A stretch of DNA of 63,977 bases, counting the filler, from Octopus bimaculoides (taxonomy: Eukaryota), in NCBI RefSeq assembly GCF_001194135.2. It is 6 parts of 6 records of this genome, joined end to end, with 100 filler letters (N's around TTAATTAATTAA, not from the genome) between each part and the next. Parts side by side here need not be neighbours in the genome. Positions count along the whole stretch, not along the records: positions 45,286 to 58,509 come from NC_068990.1; positions 58,610 to 60,514 come from NW_026372758.1; positions 60,615 to 62,783 come from NW_026412247.1; positions 62,884 to 63,977 come from NW_026337150.1; 2 more parts are not named here. One strand, written 5' to 3'. The notes under the pieces were generated by a model. That model was not told the DNA's origin and made no database searches. It saw nothing but the letters and a program-made list of their open reading frames with translations. Positions 52,469 to 63,977 of the stretch are shown here, in pieces. The first letter of the stretch is position 1. The number at the start of each line of letters is the position of its first letter. The position numbers were made by a program, and so were the translations under genes.

Positions 52469-53200
52469 GGTGCAAGAGTGGCCGTGTGTTACGAAGTTGG
52501 CTTCTCAAGCACATGGTTCCGGGTTCAGTTCCATCGCGTGGAACATTGCACAAGTGTCAACTAATATACTTTTCTACTCTAGGCATGAATCCCTAAATTT
52601 TTGAAGAGGGAGGCCAGTCGATTAGAGCGACCCCAGAATGCAACTGGTACTTAAATTATCGACCCCGGAAGGATGAAAGGCAAAGTCGACCTCGGTGGAA
52701 TTTGAACTCGGAACGTAATGACTGATGAAATACTACTAAGCATTTCGCACGGCGTGCTAACGTTTCTGCTAGCTCGCCGCCTTTTATTAATATAGCCATG
52801 GCCGACCAAAGCCTTGTAAGTGAATTTGGTAGACGGAAACTAAAGGAAACCTGTCGTTTATCTATCTATCTATCTGTCTATCTATCTATCTATTGATCTA
52901 TCTATCGATCTATCTATCGATCTATCTATCGATCTATCTATCTATATACATACACATTTAAATATACACATACATACAAACACACGTCTATACGTTTGCG
53001 AGTGTATGTCTCTGTCTGTTTTCGTTTCTCTCAACACCGCTTGACAACCAGTGTTGCTGTGTTTACGTTCCCGTAACTTAGCGGTTCGGCAAAACAGACC
53101 GATAAAATAATTACAAGTCTTAAAAAGACAAATTAGATATTGGAATCGATTCATTCAACTAAAATTCTTCAAGGTGGTGCTCCAGCATGGCCGCAGTCAA
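52469..53200 (+). mobile_element. SINE family B, interrupted by an antisense family A copy and a (TCTA)n tract
   Basis: The B head ends at AAGTGTC (~52558) and resumes at TATAGCC (~52791). Confidence 0.85.
52565..52781 (-). mobile_element. SINE family A nested in family B
   Basis: Complete reverse-complement copy ending GCTCGCCGCC. Confidence 0.92.
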
Positions 53201-53439
53201 AAACAATTAAAAGATATGATCTGAAACAATTCAAAGATATCAGATTATAAATAAGTAGAGAAACAAAGGAACAAAGAAATAAATGACCTTAAAAAGAAAA
53301 CAAGCGCTATGTCCGTGCATCTATGTGGTTGATGGTCTTGTCCTATACGGAGAACTTTTTGTGATCTGGTCAGTTTTTACTGGCTGTTCAAAATGATAAG
53401 TTCTATGTAAAGAACAATGATCGTACTAAAGTTTGAGCT

Positions 53440-53660
53440 GTCAAATATTTTATTAACCCACATTGTGATAGATTTCTCCTGCTTTTTTAATTGCAAATTC
53501 CTTGATGAGATCCTTAAAACTGACCTTACGTTACAGATCTGCTTCTATAGTTAGTAGAGCTAAGGCATCAAGCCTGTCTTTTTGCCTAGTAGTTCTGATG
53601 TCACTTTTAATGTAATACAACCGAGAAAATGAACGATCAGCCGCGCAGTGTGTGACCATT
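53440..53660 (-). pseudogene. hAT transposase C-terminal dimerisation-domain fragment
   Basis: VTHCAADRSFSRL..IKSDIRTT...DRLDALALLTIEADL*RKVSFKDLIKEFAIKK. Confidence 0.85.
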
Positions 53661-53687
53661 TCTGTTAAGAATATACGAAAAGCAAAG

Positions 53688-53922
53688 GGTGGCGAGCTGG
53701 CAGAATCGTTAGCACGCCGGGCGAAATGCCTAGCGGTATTTCGTCTGCCCTTACGTTCTGAGTTCGAATTCCACCGAGGTCGACTTTGCCTTTCATCCTA
53801 TCGTGGCCGATTAAATAATTACCAGTTACGCACAGGGGTCGATATAATCGACTTTAGACCCTTAGCCTGTCCTTGTTTGTCCCCTCTTTGTTTAGCCCCT
53901 TTGTGGGCAATAAAGAAATAAA
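53688..53922 (+). mobile_element. SINE family A, full length
   Basis: GGTGGCGAGCTGGCAGAATCGTTAGCACGCCGGGCGAAATGC...GGGCAATAAAGAAATAAA. Confidence 0.95.
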
Positions 53923-54453
53923 TATACGAAAGGCTATGTCTACAGTTGGAAAAGTACACTCAATGAGGTTTATTTTAGTAAGTTTAAGTGATTTTCTGTG
54001 CCGTAAACCATTTACCATTTTTCTGGTGCTTCCATTAATGTGATGCCCTGATCACGTGCTTATTTTACTTACTGGATTATCCAGTCAAGTTTACATCTGT
54101 GTTCACTGAACTGAGATGGTTGAGCATGCGTCTTGTTTCCAAGACGACCTCAGGTCACGTGCATTCACTCTACTTAAACAGAATAAAAGGCCAAGTTGGA
54201 TAAATGTATGAAGGTGGGGAATGTGAGAAGGGCCACTTATGCAAAAGAGTCCAGGTATTTCGGGGCAAGCTTTGAGACTATCAGGAACGATTATCCCGAA
54301 ATAACACTCTTATCTCTATATTCGGTCTTAATTTACACCGTTCATTCTACATCATTTAGTTAACACGATCTCCTCAATCATATTTCATCACACCGACCAA
54401 CGACTATCGATTAATTTGCACTTTACATCGCCCATCAATTCATTCTGTACCGC

Positions 54454-54537
<84 letters not shown>

Positions 54538-55655
54538 NNNNNNNNNNNNNNNNNNNNNNNNNNNNNNNNNNNNNNNNNNNNNNNNNNNNNNNNNNNNNNN
54601 NNNNNNNNNNNNNNNNNNNNNNNNNNNNNNNNNNNNNNNNNNNNNNNNNNNNNNNNNNNNNNNNNNNNNNNNNNNNNNNNNNNNNNNNNNNNNNNNNNNN
54701 NNNNNNNNNNNNNNNNNNNNNNNNNNNNNNNNNNNNNNNNNNNNNNNNNNNNNNNNNNNNNNNNNNNNNNNNNNNNNNNNNNNNNNNNNNNNNNNNNNNN
54801 NNNNNNNNNNNNNNNNNNNNNNNNNNNNNNNNNNNNNNNNNNNNNNNNNNNNNNNNNNNATACATATACACATATATATGTACATATGCATAGTCATATG
54901 AATATATACATATATCCACTCACCCCCCCCCCACACACACACACAAATAACCACAACCTAACACGTAGACTTGTGTGTAATTGTGTGTGAGAGTGTGTGC
55001 GAGAGAGAGTTCATATAAATCTCCTTGAATTTTACTAACTGAATTATATCCAAATATATCTACATTGTTCTCTCTTCTGTCAATCACCTGAGGGACCTTT
55101 CTTAATTATATAATTCACGCATCTGTTTTCAGTGACAATTATTGTACAAATATTACCTATATTTAGCAATATTATTGCAAGATAATAACAATAATTTTGA
55201 AGATAAGGAAGTATAAATCTACAATATTACTGAAATGTATAACTGATTACATCGATCGGCTTATTCGAGCCAATAAAGGCGACACAACTTTGTCTCGACT
55301 AGCCAATACTTGCAGCGAGTGTCCTTCAAACCTTCCCCTACTCGCTTAGATATGTTCTGTGTTCTTTATACTGCTTCCGGTAGTAAGACCCTGGTTCAGG
55401 AGTTCCATGTTTTTGAGGAGTGTGGAGAAATATCTTGGCCACTGCTGTTCTCAAGTCTACTCCATCCCGGAGTAGCAATACCTGTAAAATAGCGTGTATC
55501 TGTCCGCGTCAGGGTACGCTGAAATGATTGGATGCAGCACTAGATGCAGTATGGTGAATATTTCGGCAAATGAATTTATTTAACGAATTTTGCTGAGTGA
55601 ATGAACAGACAACAAATTCTCAACTCCAGGATCAACCAGCTCAGTAAGCGAACTA

Positions 55656-55885
55656 CAGTAACCCCTCGCCATATCACGGTTTACCTATCACGGTTTATTA
55701 TCTAAGCTTATTTCGATCCCTCCATGGTGCTGTTTTTCATTTATAATAAAATAAATTTATACAAATCATAGAAGTAATTTTAAAAAAATTATACAGTACA
55801 GTACAGTACTGTTACTACTTCGCGGATTTTCACCTATCGCGTTGCGTTTTGGAACGTAACAACTGCGATAGACGACGGATTACTG
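55656..55885. mobile_element. Tigger/pogo-type MITE with TA target-site duplication
   Basis: TA-CAGTAACCCCTCG ... CGACGGATTACTG-TA; TIRs match at 11 of 13 positions. Confidence 0.85.
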
Positions 55886-55964
55886 TACTGCTAACATCTG
55901 CAGTTGTGGGGTGCGCTGATGAGATAATTCAACTAGCGAAAGACCAACGTGATTAAGACCTAAG

Positions 55965-57098
55965 CCAGATGTCTCCACTGATCTTTGTACTGTGCACGAT
56001 ACCACTAACACTGATTCTGATGAAAGCAAAAGCTGGGTATGTATTCAAAAGCCGCCAACAAAAAGTCGACCCTCTGTTTTTCATGGATGACCTCAACCTT
56101 TATGGTAAAGATGAAGCCCAAGTCAGTTCTCTCGTTGATACGGTGTATACCTTTATTGCTGATATCGGAATGGAGTTCGGACTGAGAAAGTGTGGTGTTT
56201 TAGTCTTGAAGAGAGGCAAAATCAAATGTATGGACGGGCTAACGATACCATCGGGTGGGGAGGGAGGAGGTTATGAAGCAGATAGAAAGAGACGGACTAT
56301 AAGTACTTGGGGATTTTGGAAATGGATAAATTGATGGAGAAAGAAATGACAGAAAAATTTAAGGTGGAGTACTTGCGCAGATTGAGACTGATCCTTAAGT
56401 CGAAATTAAACGGACGGTATAAGATCGAAGCTATCAATACCTGGGCGGTTTCACTCCTTAGATATGGAGCAGGGGTACTCGCATGGACAGTAGACGAACT
56501 AAACAGCTTAGACAGAAAGACAAGGAAGTTGCTAACTAGATATGGGACACTCCACCCAAAACCTGACACAGACGGACTGCATGTACCAAGAAAAAGAGGG
56601 GGGAAAGGACTTATTGGATGCGAACACAATATTAGAGCTGAAGAAAACAACATAGCATGGTATGTAAAAAATGCCACAGGACCGCTATTATTAGAAGTAA
56701 GAAGGTCAGGCTTGTGTAGGATGAAAGATTGCAAAGATAAAGCACTATACAAGAAGTTGAAAACGAAAGAAACTGAAAATAGGTGGGTAAAGATAATAAT
56801 GCATGGTCAATTTCATAGGGATGTTGAAGATAAGGCAGACAGAGAAAAATGATGGCTGTGGATGACTAAAAGTGATTTAAAACAGGAAACAGAGGCTCTA
56901 ATTTGTGCTGCCCAAGAGAAAGCACTAAAATCACATAGGGGCTGCAATAAGGGTGGAGTACTTGCAGAAAACAGCACTGCTTGGAACCGCTAGAGTACTC
57001 CGGAAGGTGCTCGAAAAATAAGAGGTGTTACCTTAGTTAACTCGGAGTGAACAGCTCACACTGTAATACATCTCCAGCGTTAGAATCTGTGCAAAGGC
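55965..57098 (+). mobile_element. R4/Dong-clade non-LTR retrotransposon, 5'-truncated and internally deleted
   Basis: SPLIFVLC.IPL, LFFMDDLNLY, KLNG..IEAINTWAV..LRYGAG, LHPK.D.D.L.VPRKRGG.GL, CAAQE, KTALLGTARVLRKVLEK* (stop 57019-57021), 3' UTR, then an (AAT)n tail. Confidence 0.9.
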
Positions 57099-57690
57099 AA
57101 TAATAATAATAATAATAATAATCATAATAATAATAATAATGACGATGACGATGATGATGATGATGATGATGATAATGATAATGAGGAGAAGGAGGAGGAG
57201 GAGGAGGAGGAGGAAGAGGAAGTGGAAGAGGAGGAGATGGGTGATAATTGTTTTTGTTGCAAATAATGCTTAGCTTGTCTGAATCGAGGATCATTGATGA
57301 TATTTGGTCAGTAAAAGAGAGAAATTCATTGTAATGATGAACGGAGGAAGAAAATTCTTGCATTGAAAATTGTTTTTGCAACTTGACTGATTTGGAGATA
57401 ATGGCGACCATCGATGAAAATCAGGTGATAGACAAACACTGTGAAGGAGAAGAAAACGTTTCTGTAATTACAACTTTATTGTGATAGATATTCCCGTAGA
57501 GTTGGTGTATATTTAGCTTAGTGGTCATTGTTATAGTGCATAGAGCTGAGTATGGAAATATCGCAACGTAAACGCGGTTTACATGGAAAAGCAAAAAAAT
57601 AATTTCAAAATATAAAATAATAGCAAGAAATTGCATCCAAGAATCTAGAAATTTAGATAAATTTTGGGAATTAACCAACTGAAATTGATT

Positions 57691-57748
<58 letters not shown>

Positions 57749-57796
57749 GTCTGTCTGTCTGCCTGTCTGTCCGCTCTCCGTCAGTCCGCCCGACGC

Positions 57797-57831
<35 letters not shown>

Positions 57832-57896
57832 GTCCGTCTGCCAGTCTACTTACCTACCTACCTACCTACCTACCTACCTACCTGTCTATCTATCTG

Positions 57897-58335
57897 TGTG
57901 AGGCCTTTCAACAACACTTTGCCCGACTGTTTGGGACAACTGGTGGGTCAGAACGCAGAGTGGACTTTAGTGCCTACCTGCACGGCCTGCCATGACTCTC
58001 AGCAAGAGAGGTCGAGTGATGTGAAAGACCCATCACAGCCGCGGACGTACGGGATGCGATGGCAGGCTGCGTGGGTGGCAAGTGACCAGGCTTGGATGCT
58101 CTGCCCTACGAACTTTATTGTCATATGCCAGACTTGTTTGGAGGTGTCTTGGCAGCTGTCTACTGCAACTGGCAGCAAAACGCAAGCATCTCCGTCTTTC
58201 TAAAGCGAGGAGTAGTGGCACTGCTAAAGAAAGATCCAAACAAGGGGAACGTCATAGATAACTTCAGGCCCATCACTGCTCAGGAGATTTCAAAATTTTG
58301 CCCAAGGTGTTAGCCAAGAGGTTGGTGCTTGTACA
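57897..58335 (+). pseudogene. L1/Tx1-clade LINE ORF2 fragment
   Basis: PIT...V..AM...K.PGLDALPYELY...V.LLKKDPNKG..IDNFRPIT. Confidence 0.85.
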
Positions 58336-58338
58336 AAC

Positions 58339-58376
<38 letters not shown>

Positions 58377-58914
58377 CGTGCGCGCACATATTTACAAACA
58401 TTAAAAGTGCCATGCACGAAAGAAAACTCTCGGCCCGTGGAATCCTTTTGTGACTTCTGCTGATTAGAAAAGAAAAGGATGTATTTTATATACTCTGTGA
58501 TATATATATNNNNNNNNNNNNNNNNNNNNNNNNNNNNNNNNNNNNNNNNNNNNTTAATTAATTAANNNNNNNNNNNNNNNNNNNNNNNNNNNNNNNNNNN
58601 NNNNNNNNNGGAAGTTTTACTCTGAAAGACTGTTCAATGTAGAGAATGTATGGTAGAAAGTGATTCTTTCCAACAAGGATTGAACTAAGAGAGACTAGAG
58701 ACAAGAGCATTACTGAATAAATAAGTATATGAAAGCAGTGTAAGCTCCTGGATCACCAGGAATTACTACTGAGAAACTTAAAATATCTAACACCATAGTA
58801 TACGGGTTTGTTACCCAAAAAGCCAATTAGTTTGTACAGGAAGTTGTCATACCCGATGTTGGGTATAACAGTATCATATTCAACTGTTAAAAAATTAAAG
58901 GAGATGCCTTAGAG

Positions 58915-59655
58915 CAGGGGGTCTTCGATCATTTATTATCTATGGACCCCTTTGATTGCTATTTCACTCTGGGGAACCCCTATTGCTATTCACTGTTTAA
59001 AAACTTGTTTTATAGAATGTTATTACCTCCGCCAAGGAAGGAGGTTATGTTTTCATTGGCGTTGGTCTGTCTGTCTGTCCGTCTGTGTGCAAAATAACTC
59101 AAAAAGTTGTGAACGGTATTTGATGAAACTTACAGGAAAAGTTGGTAATGACACAAGGAACAGATGATGATATTTTGGTAGTGATTTAGGAATTCTTAAG
59201 GATTCTTGAAGGATTTTCCATTTGTTATATTTACTTTACATGAAGTATTACAATGTTACGTTCTTTGATTATCTCCCTTGAAAACACGTACATCGTTTCC
59301 ACGTAACCTATGGTGGCGTTACTGTTTCCAAAGTTCATTTTCGTTTCTCTATTACTAATTTTACTCGCGTATCTATCTTAAAATGAACTACTTGGCGGAA
59401 GTCTGCTCTCTCCGAGTGCTTTTCTTGTTTATTAATGTTTTCACGCATTAACTCGTAGGTTGAATTATGTAAAATGTTAGAGGAGAAACCTAGCTATTTC
59501 TTGCGATATATACCAATACGTACATCTAAAGCAAATTTTTTTCAGGAGCCCTTAAAATACTCTTGTGGATCCCCAATTTACTACTTTATTGTATGGACCC
59601 CAAAAATCTTATGTGGAATCTTAGGGGCCATATGGACTGTGACTGAAAAGCACTG
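58915..59655. mobile_element. Non-autonomous hAT element with 8-bp TSD CCTTAGAG
   Basis: CCTTAGAG (58907-58914)-CAGGGGGTCTTC...GAAAAGCACTG-CCTTAGAG (59656-59663). Confidence 0.9.
59020..59430 (+). mobile_element. Helentron-associated (HINE/DINE-1-like) non-autonomous element nested in the hAT MITE
   Basis: T-rich start, subterminal IR CCTCCGCCAAG / CTTGGCGGAAG, (GTCT)n tract, and a 3' GCTCTCTCCGAGTGC stem before a T-rich end. Confidence 0.75.
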
Positions 59656-60639
59656 CCTTAGAGAGAAGTAATTATAGCAGTTTCGTATTGCTGGACCAGC
59701 TCATGAAAGATACAGAAGAAGTAACTGCTCAATTACTTAGTGATAGAATTAATCTAGACGTAATGTAGTTTGGTTTTATGTCAGGAGGAACTACTACTGA
59801 TGCTCACTTCCAGACGAGGCAATTAGAGAAGAAATATTTAGTTAGAATTCAGCAGTCATACTTAACATTCGTTGACCTGGAGAAGACTTTTGTCCAGGTT
59901 CATTTCTCTGAGGCTTGGATCAGGTCACGAAAATTACAGAAAAAGTTACAGTTCAAATACTTAGGAATAGAATTTGTCCAGGCGAAATGTTGTTCAATTT
60001 TGTACTGGTAGAATTACTCATGCCCACTTAAAGACGAAGTAACTACAGGAAAAAATATTCAGCTAAAACTTAGCCACGGTTCTTAGCACTCGTCAGCCTA
60101 AGAAAGCCTTTCCTATAGTCCCTTGTTCTGTAATCTGTTGATAGCTGAGGAAGCTAGGAATGGGCGAATGACATGTGAGAGTTACACAAACAATATACAG
60201 AGGTGATGTCAGTAAGGAATTAAGAAAGGCATCTAGTCATAGAAACATCGCCAAAACAGAGGTTTTGAAAGATGAGCATAAAGTAATGGATGTAGATACA
60301 TCCAAAAATTAGCTTGATAATCCGTTACCTGCAATTCCAGAGAAACCAATGCCATGGCAAAAAATGCAACTGAAGCGAACGGCATCAAATTCCTTTACTC
60401 TCAAAAAGTGATGTACTGTAGAACGTGTGCCAATTGCATTGGCAGTATTTCAGCAAGGCCACAACCCTCGGGCAGGAAGTAAATAAAGAGAAGAGAAAGA
60501 ATAAATATATATATNNNNNNNNNNNNNNNNNNNNNNNNNNNNNNNNNNNNNNNNNNNNTTAATTAATTAANNNNNNNNNNNNNNNNNNNNNNNNNNNNNN
60601 NNNNNNNNNNNNNNATATATATATATATATATATATATA

Positions 60640-60769
60640 CCTTTAACATGTTGAAGGTGAATCATGATGCCATATGAGTTTTCTCCCCTCTCACTGTAAC
60701 ACAATGAACTTGCAGCCATAGGGGAGAAAACTTGTACAGCAACATGATTCACCTTCAGCATGCTAAAGG
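60640..60769. repeat. Foldback element: 50-bp arms, 30-nt loop (MITE-like)
   Basis: 60640-60689 versus 60720-60769 shows 7 mismatches, 6 of them transitions. Confidence 0.9.
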
Positions 60770-61464
60770 TTTATATATCTTACATCTTATATATATGTAT
60801 GTATGTATGTGTACTTTCTAGCTTAAAGGCCACACTGTGAGCGGACTTTTAAGACAGCTCCTCTGAAGGGCTAATTGGGTCTGTGGCCCAAAACTAAAGA
60901 GAGCAATAATAATAAATCCTTTATTCGTCCCCTACCGATATGGTCTTACCCTACCAATATGGTTTTACTCTAAATTCAGTTTAAATGAAAAACTTGTAAG
61001 TTCAGAAATTTTTGGAGCCCTTTTAACCTTTGACTTTTCAACTGTTGGCATATAACAAATCCTCATCCAGACCTGACCCCACTGCTGAATGGTCAAGGAG
61101 CAAATGAAGGGGAGTTTTTTAATTCTGGGATCATCCTGATTGCAAAAAGGTATAAAATGTCTATGTAGAACAAATGCAGACTGAGGCACAGGGGTCCTAG
61201 ATGGATGGATGGGCAGACATAATTTCGCTTTATTTAAATGTGTTTGTGTATATATACATATNNNNNNNNNNTATATGCATATACATATATACATTGTGTC
61301 TCTGTGTGTGCAATGGGCTTCTTTCAGTTTCTCTCTTGTAAGTCCTTTCCAAAAAAATCATGAAACATTGAAAATTGCAACTCCACAACAACAAATAACA
61401 TGATGCTTTCCGGTCAGACACATTTCACTGGGGCACGTGATCCCTTCCCCTTATCAAACACAAC

Positions 61465-61815
61465 TCTTAGCCCTTGTGTGCCTTTGATAAAATCATGTTG
61501 GTCAAAACTGTCCCTTTATGTGCCTTTAACAGTACTTTAGGTTACTAGACAAAATGTCCCCTAAGTATAACATCACTGTCTGGCCCTTGTGTACCTTTAA
61601 CTTAATCTTTTAGGGTTTTCGTTAAGCTGTCTCCTAAATTTAGCATCCCCACCTAGCCCTTGTCTACCTTTAACAGAGTCATTTAGGATGCTGGTTAAAC
61701 TATTCCCTAAATTTAGCATCACCAGTTGACCTTTTTTTTTTGCCCTCAACTGTCTTTTAGGGTGTTGGTTAAACTGTCCCCTAAGTTTAGAATTGCCAGC
61801 TGGCTCTTTATCAAT
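61465..61815. repeat. Degenerate ~73-bp minisatellite (~4.5 units)
   Basis: CCCTT(G)TGT.CCTTTAAC anchors at 61512, 61584, 61657, ~61730 and ~61804. Confidence 0.85.
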
Positions 61816-61937
61816 GAAAGTGTCACAAAGGTAACTCCCACCTCCCCACTCCACTTTCTTCTATCCAATTAAAATATTAAAAAAAATATCGATCTGAAAC
61901 AAATATATAAAATAGGATAAAATAATAAAAAATAACA

Positions 61938-62328
61938 GGCGCAGGAGTGGCTGTGTGGTAAGTAGCTTGCTTACCAACCACATGGTTCTGGGTTCATTCC
62001 CACTGTGTGGCACCTCGGGCAAGTGTCTTCTACTATAGCCTTGGGCCGACCAAAGCCTTCTCAGTGGATTTGGAAGACGGAAACTGAAAGAAGCCCGTTG
62101 TATATATGTATATATATATATATATATGTTTGTGTGTCTGTGTTTGCCCCCCCCTCCCCCAACATCACTTGACAACCGATGTGGGTGTGTTTACGTCCCC
62201 GTAACTTAGCGGTTCGGCAAAAAGAGACCGATAGAATAAGTACTAGGCTTTACAAAGAATAAGTCCTGGGGGCGGTGCTCCAGCATGGCCACAGTCACAT
62301 GACTGAAACAAGTAAAAGAGTAAGAGTA
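61938..62328 (+). mobile_element. SINE family B, full length, young
   Basis: GGCGCAGGAGTGGCTGTGTGGTAAGTAGCTTGC (tRNA-like head)...GACTGAAACAAGTAAAAGAGTAAGAGTA. Confidence 0.95.
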
Positions 62329-63000
62329 ACAAAGAAAGGGAGGCCCAGATACATTGATAGGAGAAAACCTAAAATTAGTACTACTACTACTACTGTTATA
62401 TGGACTGTTAGATATGCAATTCGTTTGATGTTCCGTGTGTCACTGTGGTTCGTCTGAGTTCATTGTTTCATTGTTGTTGTCTTGTGTGACTGTCGTAGTA
62501 AAATGTCATTGATATATATGGCGGACATGACTTTTGTTTATTAACACAACGAACATTGGGTGAGTGCGTTCTTTGTATGTAATTGAATAATAAATGTAAT
62601 AATTAAATTTGTATAACTCATTGTGTTATCTCTGCGAGTCTTCCGAGGGAAATACAACAGAGTTTATTGGCGTCGTCGGTAGGACCGATAGGATACATGC
62701 TTACTTTACCGTAAGATTATTCATCGTAATAACAATGGCTGAAAAACAGACAGGAGAACTTATTAAATTGTGGCATAACTACANNNNNNNNNNNNNNNNN
62801 NNNNNNNNNNNNNNNNNNNNNNNNNNNTTAATTAATTAANNNNNNNNNNNNNNNNNNNNNNNNNNNNNNNNNNNNNNNNNNNNATATATATACATGTGTG
62901 CATGTGTGTGTAAATATTATGTATGTGGGTATATATTTATGCATATATGTACGTGTGTATATATGTATGTATTATGAATGTATGTATGTATGTATGTATC

Positions 63001-63392
63001 TCTTTTACTCTTTTACTCTTTTACTTGTTTTTCCGTCATCTGACTGAGGCCATGCTGGAGCACCGCCTTTAGTCGAACAAATCGACCCCAGGACTTATTC
63101 GTTGTAAGCCTAGTACTTATTCTATCGGTCTCTTTTTGCCGAACCGCTAAGTTAGGGAACGTAGACATAGGGGACAAACACAGACACACGAACATATACA
63201 CACACATACATATATAAATACATATATATACGGCGGGCTTCTTTCAGTTTCCGTCTACCAAATCCACTCACAAGGCTCTGGTCGGCCGAAGCTATAGTAG
63301 AAGACACTTGCCGAAGGTGCCACGCAGTGGGACTGAACCCGGAGCCATGTGGTTGGTAAGCAAGCTACTTACCACACAGCCACTCCTGCGCC
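63001..63392 (-). mobile_element. SINE family B, full length, young
   Basis: Near-identical reverse-complement copy of 61938-62328. Confidence 0.95.
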
Positions 63393-63400
63393 TATGTATG

Positions 63401-63434
<34 letters not shown>

Positions 63435-63977
63435 TGTATGTATATGTGTGTGTGTATCTATGTGTATACACATATTAAAACAGAGAAAGCCTAATCGCCC
63501 TTATCATATTCTTTACATATTCCCACAACGTTTACGCCATTTATGGCCATTTACACACAGAAACTGAACAAAAAAAAAAGAAAAAAACCAAATATGAATA
63601 ACCGAAAAACGAACACGACAAAAACATATGAATATAAACGAAATTTAAATAAATAAGATCGAAACACAATTTAAATAAATTTAAATAAAATAAAAGTGAT
63701 TTTATTTCGCGAATGAACAGCGGAGATTCTAGCAACGAAATGATTGCATTACGAGAAATGCTGTTCTATAACGATTGGTCCGTTTGGTGGTTCGCTATCC
63801 CATCATTCCGTGTATAATTGATAGAGATGTTGGGTGAGTCAGCGTTAAATTAGTTCAGATCAAGACATCGGGACTTGGAGGCAATCAATCTTAATTCTTT
63901 GCCTGAAAAATTTATCGGCCGCCATCGCGCATCAGAAGAATCTTTGTTTCGTTGTCGTGTTTTTTTTTTTTTTTTTT

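Larger units (their letters stand above)
58620..60480 (+). pseudogene. Decayed RTE-clade LINE, split by a hAT MITE
   Basis: KAPGSPGITTEKLKIS...KGDALE|RSNY..LLDQLMK, FGFMSG.TTDA.F..RQL..KY, FVDLEK.F, LRKLG..E*.VRVTQ.IYR. Similarity beyond ~60215 is weak. Confidence 0.85.

Noticed and set aside
55916-55945. CTGATGA...GAAA string upstream of the R4/Dong fragment
   Set aside because: Stem II, helix III and the UH triplet cannot be formed.
60329-60415. Minus-strand pseudo-exon with good splice sites (HHFLRVKEF...GIGFSGIA)
   Set aside because: It lies in the probable decayed 3' part of the plus-strand RTE (CRTCANCIGSI resembles the RTE Cys motif), and the peptide is unrecognised.
61465-61815. CRISPR-like repeat-spacer appearance
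   Set aside because: Eukaryotic context, degenerate tandem units, no unique spacers and no cas genes.
53688-63392. tRNA-like heads that could be called tRNA genes
   Set aside because: They run into SINE bodies and lack a full cloverleaf.

Overview
AT-rich, gap-ridden eukaryotic (metazoan) genomic DNA. The SINE families, RTE/Penelope content and extreme microsatellite load point to an octopus (coleoid cephalopod) draft assembly; this is inference and the species cannot be confirmed. I could not identify any intact host protein-coding gene. Almost every ORF in the supplied track is a microsatellite, gap read-through or transposon fossil. About 1-31 kb is a graveyard of Penelope-like elements (RT and GIY-YIG), Tc1, mariner, maT, MULE and possibly piggyBac. 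About 31-55 kb is microsatellites and two tRNA-derived SINE families around small unique islands. About 55-60.5 kb holds R4/Dong, L1/Tx1 and RTE LINE fragments, with a three-level nested insertion. The most interesting signals are RNA-structural: five complete or near-complete minimal type-I hammerhead ribozyme motifs (532, 10996, 13966, 28950, 43195) plus three decayed ones; several long hairpins; and a 100%-identical 94-bp inverted repeat that brackets two candidate in-frame micro-exons. All host-exon calls are low confidence. TTAATTAATTAA inside 44N+44N gaps is an assembly spacer.
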